This document shows positions 9,421-21,100 of a DNA stretch of 64,000 bases, one piece after another. Every line of letters begins with the position of its first letter. Positions within the stretch are counted from its first letter, which is position 1. The notes under the pieces are model-generated. The model did no database searches, was not told where the DNA came from, and saw nothing but the letters and a program-made list of their open reading frames with translations. Source of the stretch: Verrucomicrobiia bacterium (GTDB lineage Bacteria > Verrucomicrobiota > Verrucomicrobiia > Limisphaerales > UBA11358); assembly GCA_035945675.1 (NCBI GenBank), contig DASZAB010000108.1, positions 48,564 through 112,563 on the forward strand, read 5' to 3'. The position numbers and the translations under genes are program-made.

Positions 9421-10656
9421 TCAGGCTTTGCGGATAATGACCGAGACGTTTGTCCCCCCGAAACCGAAGGCATTCACCATCGCCGTCGGCACTGCCTGCT
9501 CCCGCGCCGCGTTGGGCACGTAATCGAGATCGCACTCCGAATCGGGGTCGTCCTGGTTGATCGTCGGCGGCACGAAGTTGTCCTCCATGCCAAGCAGGAC
9601 GGCGATCAGCGAAAGCATTCCCGAGGCCCCCAGCGTGTGGCCAATCATCGACTTGATGGAACTGACCGGGATTTCACGAGCGTACGCTCCAAAAACCTCC
9701 TTGATCCCTTTCGTCTCGGTGCTGTCATTCAAGCGGGTGGAGGTCCCGTGAGCCTGAATATGCGAGAGCTGGTTCTTGCCCAGGCCGGCGGCCACCAGCG
9801 CCGACTCCATGCATTCAACCTGGCTCGGCAGGTACGGCGCAACAAGGTCGAACGCGTCATTTGTCTGCCAGCTCGAAAGAATCTCCGCATAGACGCGCGC
9901 GTTGCGTTTCTCGGCCAGACTGGCCCGCTCCAGAACAACGAATCCGCACCCCTCCGAAAGAACCATGCCGCTGCGATTGCCGGTGAAGGGACGCGAGGCT
10001 CGCGCCGGCTCCTCATTGAAGTCGCGGGTCAATACCGTCAGCGCATCCCAGACCCGAAAATACGCATGAAAAAGGGGGCAATCCACGCCGCCAACCAGAA
10101 TCAGGTCGGCCTGGCCCGAACGGATGTAGAGGTTGGCCAAATCCAGGGCCACCAGCGCCGACGAACAGGCTGAAACGACGGTGTTACTGACCCGCCGCAA
10201 GCCGTGACGGATCCCGATCTCGCACGCCGCCGCGTTGTACATCGCGCGAGGCACGGTGGTCGCTTTCAAGCGGTGCTTCTGGAGGGCATAGAAGCGATGG
10301 TAGGCCGCCTCGTTTGTCCCGACCATCCCGCACCCGGTTCCCAGCATAATGCCTTTACGCACCGGGAGCCCCGATAGCCCGTTGAGACCGCTATCAGCGA
10401 CCGCCATTTCGGAAGCGATCAGTGAAAGGAGCGCCGCCCGGTCCAGGCGCGATTTGGCCTTACTGTCCGGCCAGAGCGGATCGATCTTTTCATCGTCGAT
10501 GAATCCGGCAATTTTTGTGTGGCAGTCCGACAAGTCGAGATGCTCGACGCGTCTCACGCCCGATTTACCCGAGCGAATGGCCGCGCGGAATTCATCCTTG
10601 CCAACCCCGTTCGGACTAAGGATTCCGATGCCCGTGATCACCGACCTCTCTGTCAT
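9421..10656 (-). CDS. fabF: beta-ketoacyl-ACP synthase II family (FabF-like)
   Basis: VITGIG, SACSS (Cys), AHGTST and GHTLGA (His-His), NAFGFGGTN; start at MTERSV. Confidence 0.9.
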   Translation of the reverse strand: MTERSVITGIGILSPNGVGKDEFRAAIRSGKSGVRRVEHLDLSDCHTKIAGFIDDEKIDPLWPDSKAKSRLDRAALLSLIASEMAVADSGLNGLSGLPVRKGIMLGTGCGMVGTNEAAYHRFYALQKHRLKATTVPRAMYNAAACEIGIRHGLRRVSNTVVSACSSALVALDLANLYIRSGQADLILVGGVDCPLFHAYFRVWDALTVLTRDFNEEPARASRPFTGNRSGMVLSEGCGFVVLERASLAEKRNARVYAEILSSWQTNDAFDLVAPYLPSQVECMESALVAAGLGKNQLSHIQAHGTSTRLNDSTETKGIKEVFGAYAREIPVSSIKSMIGHTLGASGMLSLIAVLLGMEDNFVPPTINQDDPDSECDLDYVPNAAREQAVPTAMVNAFGFGGTNVSVIIRKA

Positions 10657-10772
10657 GTTTACCAAAGTTTGAACCATCCGTAATGGGAATGCAAATATCA
10701 TGTCGTCTTTATCCGGCCCGGAATGAACTTGGAAGGATGCCATGACGTGTGATATCAGTTGCACGGCGCGCT

Positions 10773-11177
10773 ATGATCAAAGGCATCGACCACATCGGCA
10801 TCGCGGTCAAGAGCATTGATGAGGCAAAGAAATTCTGGGTGGACACGCTCGGTTTAAAGCATCTGCGCACCGAAAATGTGCCCGACCAGAAAGTGCGCGT
10901 CGCTGTCCTGGCGGCGGGCGAAGCCACTATCGAACTGCTGGAGCCAACCGCGACGAACAGCCCCGTCCAGAAGTTCCTGGACCAGCGCGGCGAAGGCCTG
11001 CATCACCTGGCGTTCGCGGCCGACACCTTGGCCGGGCATCTGCCAGCGCTCAAAGCCGCCAACCTCGGACTGATCGACGAAAAACCGCGCGTCGGCGCCG
11101 GCGGCGCCCACATCGTGTTCATCCACCCCCGGAGCGCCCATGGCGTGTTGATCGAAATGTGCGAGCACCATGACTGA
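10773..11177 (+). CDS. mce: methylmalonyl-CoA epimerase
   Basis: [34 protein letters not shown]; adjacent to the mutase. Confidence 0.93.
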   Translation: MIKGIDHIGIAVKSIDEAKKFWVDTLGLKHLRTENVPDQKVRVAVLAAGEATIELLEPTATNSPVQKFLDQRGEGLHHLAFAADTLAGHLPALKAANLGLIDEKPRVGAGGAHIVFIHPRSAHGVLIEMCEHHD

Positions 11178-12678
11178 ACCGCAGGAAAAACCCGGCCAGT
11201 TTCCTTTCACGCGCGGCATCCACCCCACCATGTATCGCGGGAGGTTGTGGACGATGCGCCAGTACGCGGGTTTTGGCACGGCGGCGGAAACGAACCAGCG
11301 TTACCGGTACCTCCTCGCGCACGGCCAGACGGGACTCTCGATGGCGTTCGATCTGCCGACGCAAATCGGCTATGACAGTGACGACCCGCTGGCGCTGGGC
11401 GAGGTCGGCCGCGTGGGGGTGGCGATTTCGTCACTCGCCGACATGGAGCGGGTCTTCAAAGACATCCCCCTGGACCAGGTGAGCACCTCGATGACGATCA
11501 ACGCGACGGCTCCCATCTTATTGGCGCTCTATCTCGTCGTCGCGAAACAACAGGGCGTGCCGTGGTCGAAGCTTACCGGCACGGTTCAGAACGACATCCT
11601 CAAGGAATACAGCGCGCGCGGCACGTATATCTTTCCACCCACACCGTCGTTGCGCCTGGTCGCTGACATCGTCGAATTCTGCGCGAAGGAAGTGCCGGGC
11701 TGGAACACGATCAGCGTTGGCGGCTACCACATGCGCGAGGCGGGTTGCACGGCGGCGCAGGAGATTGCGTTCACCCTCGCGGACGGGATCGCCTACGTGC
11801 AGACGTGCGTCGGGCGCGGGCTGGCGGTGGACAGCTTCGCACCGCGCATTGCCTTTTTCTTCAACTGCCACAGCAATTTCTTTGAGGAGGTCGCCAAGTT
11901 CCGCGCCGCGCGGCGGCTCTGGGCCCGTATCCTGCGCGAAAAATTCGGCGCGCAAAACGAACGTTCGATGGTGCTGCGATTCCACACGCAGACCGCCGGT
12001 TCGACGCTCACGGCCCAGCAGCCGGACAACAACGTCGTCCGTACGACCCTGGAGGCGCTTGCAGCTGTCCTGGGGGGCACGCAGAGCCTGCACACCAACG
12101 CAAAGGACGAGGGCAGCGTGATCCCGACCGAAGAATCGGCGCTGCTGGCCTTGCGCACCCAGCAAATCATTGCGCACGAGTCGGGCGTGACCGCCGAGCC
12201 CGACCCGCTCGGCGGCAGCTACTACCTTGAGTCGCTCACCGACCGCCTCGAGCAGCAGGCGCGCGACCAGTTGCGTGAAATCGATAATCTGGGCGGGATG
12301 CTCAAGGCCATCGAGAGCGGATACGTGCGCCAGGAAATCTATCGCGCCGCTTCCAAACACCAGCAGGCCGTGGAAGCCGGAGAGAAGATCATCGTCGGCG
12401 TCAACAAGTACGTCAGCAACCAGCCGTTGAAGACGAAGCCACAGCCGGTAGATCCACGTTTGGAACCGCGCCGCTGCCGGGAACTGGCGGCCTTGCGTAA
12501 AAAACGGAATGCCGGCGAGGTGCAACAGTGTTTGGCAACGTTGGAAAAGGCCGCCAACAGTTCGGAGAACCTGATGCCGGTCCTCATGGACTGCGTGAAG
12601 AGCCGGGTCACGCTCGGCGAGATTTGCCGGGTATTGCGGAGTGTGTTCGGCGAGCACCAGCCTTCCCACAGCGTATAA
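11170..12678 (+). CDS. methylmalonyl-CoA mutase, substrate-binding (large) subunit
   Basis: [13 protein letters not shown] (Tyr = MCM type), [32 protein letters not shown]. Confidence 0.92.
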   Translation: MTEPQEKPGQFPFTRGIHPTMYRGRLWTMRQYAGFGTAAETNQRYRYLLAHGQTGLSMAFDLPTQIGYDSDDPLALGEVGRVGVAISSLADMERVFKDIPLDQVSTSMTINATAPILLALYLVVAKQQGVPWSKLTGTVQNDILKEYSARGTYIFPPTPSLRLVADIVEFCAKEVPGWNTISVGGYHMREAGCTAAQEIAFTLADGIAYVQTCVGRGLAVDSFAPRIAFFFNCHSNFFEEVAKFRAARRLWARILREKFGAQNERSMVLRFHTQTAGSTLTAQQPDNNVVRTTLEALAAVLGGTQSLHTNAKDEGSVIPTEESALLALRTQQIIAHESGVTAEPDPLGGSYYLESLTDRLEQQARDQLREIDNLGGMLKAIESGYVRQEIYRAASKHQQAVEAGEKIIVGVNKYVSNQPLKTKPQPVDPRLEPRRCRELAALRKKRNAGEVQQCLATLEKAANSSENLMPVLMDCVKSRVTLGEICRVLRSVFGEHQPSHSV

Positions 12679-12690
12679 TCCGGTGAAGAA

Positions 12691-13089
12691 ATGAAATCGA
12701 AGCGTCCCCTCAAAATCCTCATCGCCAAAGCGGGGCTTGACGGCCACGAGCGCGGGGCGCTCGTCGTGGCGATGGGCCTGCGCGAGGCCGGGTTGGAAGT
12801 TGTCTACACCGGCATTCGCAACACGCCCGAACAGATCGTCGCGTCGGCGATGCAAGAGAAAGTGGACGCGATCGGTTTGAGTTCGTTATCGGGCGGGCAC
12901 ATGGCGCAGTTCCGGCGCGTGATGGAAGTGCTCAAGCAGGAGAAGGTCAAGGGGGTTCTGGTCTTCGCCGGCGGCATTATTCCCGACGGGGACGTGAAGA
13001 AGCTCCAGAAACTGGGCATCAAGGCCGTCTTCGGTCCCGGCAGTTCCATCGCCAGCATCCTCACGTTCCTGAGGAAGCGCCTGAAGTAA
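12691..13089 (+). CDS. methylmalonyl-CoA mutase, cobalamin-binding (small) subunit
   Basis: GLDGHERG (DxHxxG), GLSSL, GGIIP. Confidence 0.92.
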   Translation: MKSKRPLKILIAKAGLDGHERGALVVAMGLREAGLEVVYTGIRNTPEQIVASAMQEKVDAIGLSSLSGGHMAQFRRVMEVLKQEKVKGVLVFAGGIIPDGDVKKLQKLGIKAVFGPGSSIASILTFLRKRLK

Positions 13090-13190
13090 GGCGCGAGGAG
13101 AGCGGGCCGGCGATGAATTCCCCGGAAGCGGCCGATGGGGGTGGAAGCGGCCGGACCCCAATCTCATGAATTAAATCTTTCATGGGTAAA

Positions 13191-13228
13191 ACACCTGATA
13201 GCGTCCATCCGGATTGCATGCGTATGTT
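13191..13228 (+). promoter_or_regulatory. promoter of the FAAL-PKS operon: ACACCTGATAGC box plus -10 TATGTT
   Basis: Same box and 23-nt spacing as the site at 38584-38624. Confidence 0.6.
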
Positions 13229-13363
13229 TTTCCAAATTGGGTGAATTCAATTTGATCAACAACAACTGCCGCAAACCGCAACGACGTTGTTCGGCGCGGA
13301 CCAAAGGGACAACGAAGAAAGGGATTTTATTTTTTACAGCATGGACAGTTATTTTTTCCTGAG

Positions 13364-15181
13364 GTGGTACGAATGAAGGCAGACCACACTGACCCAACCG
13401 CGGAGTTTTCCACGCTCGTCGAAATCCTTCGCTGGCGAGCGCTTCAGCAGCCTGGACAGCGGACCTATACCTCCTACACCTGTTTGGTGGATGGAGAAGT
13501 GGAAGGGGGTCAGCTGGGCGGTCCGGAGTTGGATAGCCAGGCCCGGAGTATTGGAGCGCTGCTCCAAAGCCACGTGGCGAGTGGGGAGCGTGCGCTGTTG
13601 CTCTATCCAACCGGCCTCGAGTTCATTGCCGCGTTTTTTGGTTGTTTATATGCCGGGGTGATCGCCGTCCCTCTGCCTCCGCCCAATCTGGCTCAGCCCC
13701 GGCGGAGCCTCCCCAAGCTGCGGGCCATCGTCAGCGATGCGCAGCCTGCGGTGGTGCTTACCACGTCAGCGATTCTCTCCGGCACTGCGGGTCTGTTCAC
13801 GCAAGCTCCCGAGTTGCAGAAGATGCGCTGGGTGGCCACCGACAAGGTTGCCGGCAGCCTGGCGCAGGAATGGCGGGACCCGGCCGTGACCCGCAACACT
13901 CTGGCGTTACTCCAATACACTTCCGGCTCCACCGCGGAACCGAAGGGGGTCATGATCAGTCACGGAAACCTCCTTCATAATTCGGCCTATATTCACCGCC
14001 TCTTCGCGCTCGTCCCGGACAGTGTCACCGTCACCTGGTTGCCGGCCTTTCACGACATGGGACTTACCAATGGGATTATCCAGCCGGTGTACAAGGGCGG
14101 TCCGTGTTACCTGATGCCGCCGGCGGCCTTTCTCATGCGGCCGGTGCGTTGGCTCCAGGCCATTTCGCGCTACAAAGCCACGATTAGCGGCGGTCCAAAT
14201 TTCGCCTATGAATTGTGCGCCCGCAGAATCACCCCTGAACAACGTGAAACGCTCGACCTCAGCAGTTGGGATGTGGCTTACAACGGCGCCGAGCCGGTTC
14301 GCGCCGACACCATGAAACAATTTGCGGCCAGCTTTGCCTCGTGTGGTTTCCGCCCCGGCGCCTTCCATCCCTGTTATGGGCTCGCCGAAGCCACGCTGCT
14401 GGTTTCCGGCGGTTCTTTAAGGGACGAGATGTTCCGCACGATTCAAGTGGCAGAGTTTGAACAGAACCGCGTCGTGGAGGCCTCCGCCCAGCAACAGAAT
14501 GTGCGGACCCTGGCCGGCAGCGGCCACGCCCTGCATGAGACCAGGATTGTCATCGTCCACCCGGAATCACTGACGGTTTGTGCACCGAATGAAGTGGGCG
14601 AAATCTGGGTGTCCGGCCCGAGCGTGACTCAGGGGTATTGGAACCGGCCCGAAGAAACTGAACGCGCTTGTCGGGCCTGCCTGAAAGATACCGGGGAAGG
14701 GCCGTTTCTCCGCACCGGGGATTTGGGATTTATGAAAGATGGCGAGCTGTTTGTCACCGGTCGCCTGAAGGACCTGATCATCATCAGTGGTCGCAAGTTT
14801 TACCCCCAGGATATCGAAATGACGGTGGAACAGAGTCACCCGGCCCTGCGGCCGGCTTGCTGCGCCGCATTTTCCGTCGATGGCACCGGCGAAGAACAAC
14901 TGGTCATCGCGGCCGAAGTCGAGCCCCGGTACCAACCGGCGGTTCGCCACCCGCCGGATGGGGAAGCGCGCGCTCATCCCAACGGGCGTTCGCCGCTGGA
15001 TGTCGAGGCCGTGGTCCGTGCCATCCGGAGGGCGGTGGCCGAAGAGCATGATGTGCGAGTCCATAAAGTGGTGCTGCTCCGGGCCGGGCGCATTCCCAAG
15101 ACCACCAGCGGCAAGGTGCAGCACCATGCCTGCCAGGCCGGTTTCCTGAAGGGGACGCTGGAAAGACCCGGTGAGGAGTGA
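13364..15181 (+). CDS. fatty acyl-AMP ligase (FAAL)
   Basis: LQYTSGST, WLPxFHDMGL, CYGLAEATL, LRTGDLGF, GRLKDLII, PKTTSGK; directly upstream of an ACP-initiated PKS. The start may be ATG 13373. Confidence 0.92.
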   Translation: MVRMKADHTDPTAEFSTLVEILRWRALQQPGQRTYTSYTCLVDGEVEGGQLGGPELDSQARSIGALLQSHVASGERALLLYPTGLEFIAAFFGCLYAGVIAVPLPPPNLAQPRRSLPKLRAIVSDAQPAVVLTTSAILSGTAGLFTQAPELQKMRWVATDKVAGSLAQEWRDPAVTRNTLALLQYTSGSTAEPKGVMISHGNLLHNSAYIHRLFALVPDSVTVTWLPAFHDMGLTNGIIQPVYKGGPCYLMPPAAFLMRPVRWLQAISRYKATISGGPNFAYELCARRITPEQRETLDLSSWDVAYNGAEPVRADTMKQFAASFASCGFRPGAFHPCYGLAEATLLVSGGSLRDEMFRTIQVAEFEQNRVVEASAQQQNVRTLAGSGHALHETRIVIVHPESLTVCAPNEVGEIWVSGPSVTQGYWNRPEETERACRACLKDTGEGPFLRTGDLGFMKDGELFVTGRLKDLIIISGRKFYPQDIEMTVEQSHPALRPACCAAFSVDGTGEEQLVIAAEVEPRYQPAVRHPPDGEARAHPNGRSPLDVEAVVRAIRRAVAEEHDVRVHKVVLLRAGRIPKTTSGKVQHHACQAGFLKGTLERPGEE

Positions 15182-15184
15182 GCA

Positions 15185-18100
15185 ATGGCCAAGAATTCCA
15201 ACAACGCAGAAGTCATCCAGGCTTGGCTGGTTTCCAAACTTTCCGAGCGGCTGGGAATCCAGTCTCACGAGATCGATATCCGGGAACCCTTCGCCAGCTA
15301 CGGACTCGGGTCAACGGAGGCGGTCAGCCTGGCCGGTGAACTCGCCGAGTGGCTGGGACGAAAACTTTCTCCGGCGCTGGTCTATGAGTACTCCACCATC
15401 GAGTCGCTCGCCCGGCATTTGGCGGAATCACCGGACGTGCCGGAGTCAGCGACCGGGGCTGGCCAGAACCGGGAGGCGAAAAATGAACCGATCGCCATCA
15501 TCGGCATCGGCTGCCGGTTTCCCGGCGCGAACGACCCGGCCGCGTTCTGGCAGTTGCTGCGAAACGGAGTGGATGCCATCCGCGAAGTTCCCGCGGATCG
15601 CTTCGACGCGCATGCGTTTTACGATGCGGACCCGGCGACCCCGGGCAAAATGAACACTCGCTGGGGCGGCTTTCTGGAACAGGTGGATCAGTTCGATCCC
15701 GGTTTCTTCGGCATCTCCCCGCGGGAGGCATTGCGCATGGACCCCCAACAACGCCTCTTACTGGAGGTGACCTGGGAAGCATTACAGGACGCGGGACAGG
15801 TACCCGAGCGTCTGGTCGGTACCCAGACCGGCGTCTTCATCGGCATCGCGACCAACGATTATGGCCGGCTGCAATGGAATGACCTCGAACGAATTGATGC
15901 CTACTCCGGCACCGGCAATGCCTCGAGCATCGCCGCCAACCGGATCTCGTACCTGTTCGATTTCCGCGGGCCGAGTCTCGCCATCGACACAGCCTGTTCC
16001 TCGTCGCTGGTTGCCCTCCACCTGGCCTGCTGCAGCCTGCGGCACGGCGAGTCCACGCTGGCTCTGGCCGGGGGCGTAAACCTGATTCTCTCGCCGGCGA
16101 TTGCCATCAATTTCACCAAGGCCGGTGCCATGGCGCCGGATGGGCGCTGCAAAGCGTTCGATGCCCGGGCCAACGGCTACGTTCGCAGTGAAGGTGCCGG
16201 GGTCGTCGTGCTGAAGCCCCTCTCCAAAGCGTTGGCTGACGGTGATCCGATTTATGCCGTCATTCGCGGCAGCGCCGTGAACCAGGACGGACGGAGCAAT
16301 GGGCTCATGGCGCCGAATCCGCTGGCCCAGGAGGCGGTCCTGCGCGAAGCCTACCGGCAAGCCGCCGTCTCGCCCGGCAAGGTTCAATACGTCGAGGCCC
16401 ACGGCACGGGCACATTGTTGGGCGACCCGATCGAAGCAAAAGCACTGGGCACTGTGCTGGGCGTCGAACGTCCACCCGGACGGCCTTGTGCCCTGGGGTC
16501 GGTCAAGACCAACCTGGGCCACCTCGAGGCCGCCGCCGGCATCGCGGGCTTGATCAAGGTGGCGCTGGCGCTCCGGCATCGGGAGATCCCGCCGAGCCTG
16601 CACTTTGAAAAACCTAACCCGCTTATCCCTTTTGACGAGCTGCCGCTCAGGGTGCAAACGACGCTGAGTCCCTGGCCCGCGGAGTCCGGCCCGGCCCTGG
16701 CCGGAGTCAGCTCATTCGGCTTCGGCGGCACCAATGCGCATGTGGTTTTGGAAGAGGCGCCCCCGGCCAAAACAGGAACGGCGGAAGCCGAACCGAAAAC
16801 CGACACCCATCTGCTCCCGCTGTCGGCCCGCAGTCCGGAAGCCCTCCGGGCCCTCGCCCGCGCCTGGCAAAACTTCCTCGCCACCCCGGAATCCGCCGCG
16901 TCATTGCCGGATGTTTGTTACACGGCTGGCGTGCGGCTCAGTCACCACGACCATCGTCTCGCTGTGACCGGCCATTCGCCGGCGCAACTGATTGAGAGCC
17001 TGGAAGCTTTTTTGCGGGGCGAGGCCCGTCCCGGCCTGTCGTCCGGCCGCAGGCTTTCCGCGCGCCGGCGAAAACTTGTTTTTGTGTTTCCGGGACAGGG
17101 GAGCCAATGGTTTGGCATGGGGCGGCGGCTGTTGGAACAGGAAGCCGTTTTCCGGGAGGTCATCGAACGCTGTGACCGGGCGATGCGACCGTACGGAGAT
17201 TGGTCGTTGCTCGCCGAACTCACAGCCGCCGATGCCGCCCGGTCGCGGTTGAATGAAATCGATATCATCCAGCCGGCCCTCTTTGCGATTGAAATTGCTT
17301 TGGCCGCCCTGTGGCGCTCGTGGGGTATCGAACCACAAGCCGTGGTGGGCCATAGTTTGGGAGAAATCGCGGCCGCGCACGTCGCCGGTGCGCTGAGCTT
17401 GGACGATGCCGTCAGGGTCATTTGTCATCGCAGCCGATTGTTCAAGCGCACCATTGGGCAAGGGGGCATGGCAGCGGTGGAACTTTCCATCGAGGAAGCT
17501 CGACGTGTCCTGGTCGGTTTCGAAGACCGCGTGTCAATCGCGGTCAGCAACGGTCCCACCTCGACGGTGTTGTCCGGAGATCCGGCCGCGCTCGCCGGCA
17601 TTCTGGATCAGTTGCAACGGCGCGACATCTTTTGTCGCATGGTGAAGGTCGATTTCGCCTCGCACAGCCCCCAGATGGAGCCGTTGCGCGCCGATTTGCT
17701 GCGAGCTCTGGAAGGGCTGCGGCCGCGGGCGGAATCCGTGCCGATCTACTCGACGGTGACCGGCCAGGTTGCTCATGGGCTGGAATTCGATACGCTTTAT
17801 TGGGCGAGGAACATGCGGGAGCCGGTGCTCTTCTCCACGGCGGTTCAGCGCCTGGTGGAAGCCGGGCATGACATCTTCCTGGAAATCAGCCCGCACCCCA
17901 TTCTGCTCAGCGCCATGCAGCAAGGGTTTCATCACTTCGGCCAGGAAGCCGCCGTGCTTCCTTCGCTGCGGCGTGAGGAAGATAAACCCACGGTCCTGCT
18001 CGGATCGCTCGGAGGGCTTTACAGTTTGGGTTACCCGATCGACTGGAACCGGATCTATCCGACCAGCGGCAGGTGTGTTCGACTCCCGTTTTACCCGTGG

Positions 18101-21100
18101 CAACGGGAGCGTTGTTGGCTTGAGCCCTCAGCCGGGAACACCGAATCTTACCGGGAACAAATCTCCCGGAGTGGGAATGGGAACCATCCTCTACTGGGCC
18201 GGCATTTCAAACCGGCGCATCCTGCCGGAACCCACTTCTGGGAAACCTCGCTGGACAGGAATTCCCTGCCATATCTGGATGACCACCGCATCCAGGGCGT
18301 CGCCGTGCTGCCCGCCTCGGCCTATGTGGAGTTGGCCCTGGCCGCCGCGGTTGAAATCTTCCAAGCGCAACCCATTGCGCTGAAAGATATCGAATTTCGC
18401 AAGGCGCTTTTCCTGCCCTCGGCATGTGGAATACAGCGTCGGGATGCTCCGGGCCAGGCGGCCGGTGTTATTCCACAGGCCGAGGGCGGAAACCACACGA
18501 TTCAAGTAATTCTCTCCCAGGGCGCAGACGGAGCGGCATCCTTTCGCATCTACAGTTGCCCGGGTGGCGCGGTGCACTCCAAAAAATCGTGGATGCTGCA
18601 TGCAACCGGCAAGGTCTGTCTTCAACCGGACAACAGCACGATAACCCCGGCTGCCAGGCAGGAGACACTCACGGAGATGCAAACTCGATGCGCCGAAAAG
18701 ATCTCCGGCCAGGATTATTACCGGAAACTCAGCGAAAGCGGCGTCCATTACGGTCCTTTCTTTCAGAGCATCGCCCGGTTGTGGCGGAACAACGGCGATG
18801 TGTTGGGCGAAGTGCAGGTGCCCGATGGGCCGGAGGCAGAGTTTCACGGCTTTCAAATTCACCCGGCGATTCTCGATGCCGGGTTACAGGTTCTCGGGGC
18901 TGCAATTGCCGCGGAAGCGACTGAAAACGGCCGACCAGGAATTTACCTGCCAACCCGCATCAACCAGTTCCGGGTTCACGGACGTCCGGGCCGCCATTTA
19001 TGGAGTCATACCCGGGTGCAGCATCGGGATGCGGCTGCCATCACGGGAGAGGTCCAGCTCCTCGATGAAGCGGGACGCGTGGCGGTCGAGATTCAGGGAC
19101 TGCGCTTTGAATACCTGGGCGAAGATGCACCGCGCGCGGAGGTCGATAATCTCGACGACTGTCTTTATGAGTTCCAGTGGCAGCCCAAAGAGCGCGCGGC
19201 CGGAAAGTCTTCCGCGCCCGCCAGCCGGGCAAGCTGGCTGATCTTCACCGACAGCGGTGGTGTCGGTGATGCGCTGTCCGTGCGTTTGAAAGCCCGGGGC
19301 GAACGGAGTATTCTGGTTTCTCGCGGGGAAACGTGCGAGCAAACGGACGGCGAGCATTTTTGTATCCGTCCCGGACGACCGGAAGACATCCGCCGGCTCT
19401 TCGAGTCCGCGCTGGGATCGGACCAACCGGGCTGTCGTGGAATTGTCCATCTCTGGAGTCTGGATGTTACCTGTCCAGAGGAGACCACCGTGGCCTCGCT
19501 GAAGGCCGCGCAGATTCCGGGTTGCGGCAGTGTATTGCTGCTGGTGCAGGAACTGGCTGGAATGGAATCACCTGACCTCCCGCGACTATGGCTGATCACG
19601 CAGGGTGCTCAAGCGGTCGGAGAAAAGCCCGCGCCTTTGTCCGTCGCGCAGTCACCGCTTTGGGGATTGGGTCGCGTCATTGCCCAGGAACACCCGACAT
19701 TCTGGGGCGGGCTGATGGATCTGGAACCCGGAGCATCGCTGCGCGACGCTGCCGCTGATCAGTTGTGCGAGGAAATCTTTAGCTCGGATGGAGAGGACCA
19801 ACTTGCGTTTCGTCAAGGGCGGCGATACGTGGCCCGTTTGGCCCGCCAGCGCCCATCGGCCACGCCAGCCCGTCCGCTCCAGTGGCGGACGGACGGCAGC
19901 TATCTGATCAGCGGAGGACTCGGAGACCTCGGCCTCCTGGTCGCGCGTTGGATGGTCGAACAAGGGGCGCGACGGTTAGTCCTCCTGGGACGCACCAAAC
20001 TCCCCCTGCGCGCGAATTGGAGTTCAGTGGAAACCGGCAGTCGCCTGGCCCGCCAAATCACCGCCATTCGGGAACTGGAATCGTTGGGAGCATCGGTGCA
20101 TCTGGCATCAGTCGATGTGGCGGAAGAAGGAGAGTTGCGTGGCTTTCTGGACGAGTTTCGTGCGGAGGGTTGGCCGCCAATCCGGGGTGTCGTGCACGCG
20201 GCGGGCGTGCTGCAGGACGGACTGTTGGTGCAACTCGATGTTGCGGCAGTGAACACGGTTTTGCGGCCCAAGATGATGGGTGGCTGGCTGCTGCATCGCC
20301 TGCTGCAGGACGATCCCCTGGACTTTTTCGTCCTTTTCTCTTCCGCCGGTTCGGTGCTGGGCCAGCCCGGCCAGGGGAATTATGCCGCCGCCAACGCTTT
20401 TCTCGATACGCTGGCGCATCACCGGCAAGCCCGGGGTCAGCCGGCCCTGAGCATCAACTGGGGTGCCTGGGCCGGTGAGGGATTCGCGGATTCGGTTGGC
20501 GGCAAGCGTCTCGCCGCGCGCCTCGCGCTCCTGGGAATCAGCAGCCTCGCGCCCGGGCAAGCGCTGGAAATACTCGGACGACTGCTCGGGCAAAGTGCAA
20601 CCCAGGTTGTGGCGGTGCCCGTCAACTGGAGGCAATATCGGGAGTTTTATTCCGCCGGCGGTGTCCCGCCGCTGCTCTCGGAACTGGCGCGAGAGGAATC
20701 CGAAGTCCCCCGGCCCGCGGGTCGCACGAGCGAAAGGAGGGATGCCCTGCTGGCGGCCGAACCAGCGCAACGCCGGTCGTTGTTGCAGTCCTACCTGAGC
20801 GAGCAAGTGGCGCGGGTGCTCGGACTCAGCCCATCCAGGCTGGATGTCCAGCAACCCCTGAGCCATCTCGGACTGGACTCGTTGATGGCCGTCGAGTTGA
20901 AAAACCGGATCGCGGTTGACCTGAAGGTGAACGTGCCGGTGGTGAAATTCCTTCAGGGCGTTAGCGTTGACCAGGCGGTCACGCAGGTGCTGGAGCAACT
21001 GGCCGCCGGGGCCGCCAACCCGACGACGTCTCCGGCCCCGGTCGTCCCAAAGCGCAAGGAGCAAATGGACAAGGGAAATGCCGAACGCCTGTTGGCAAAC

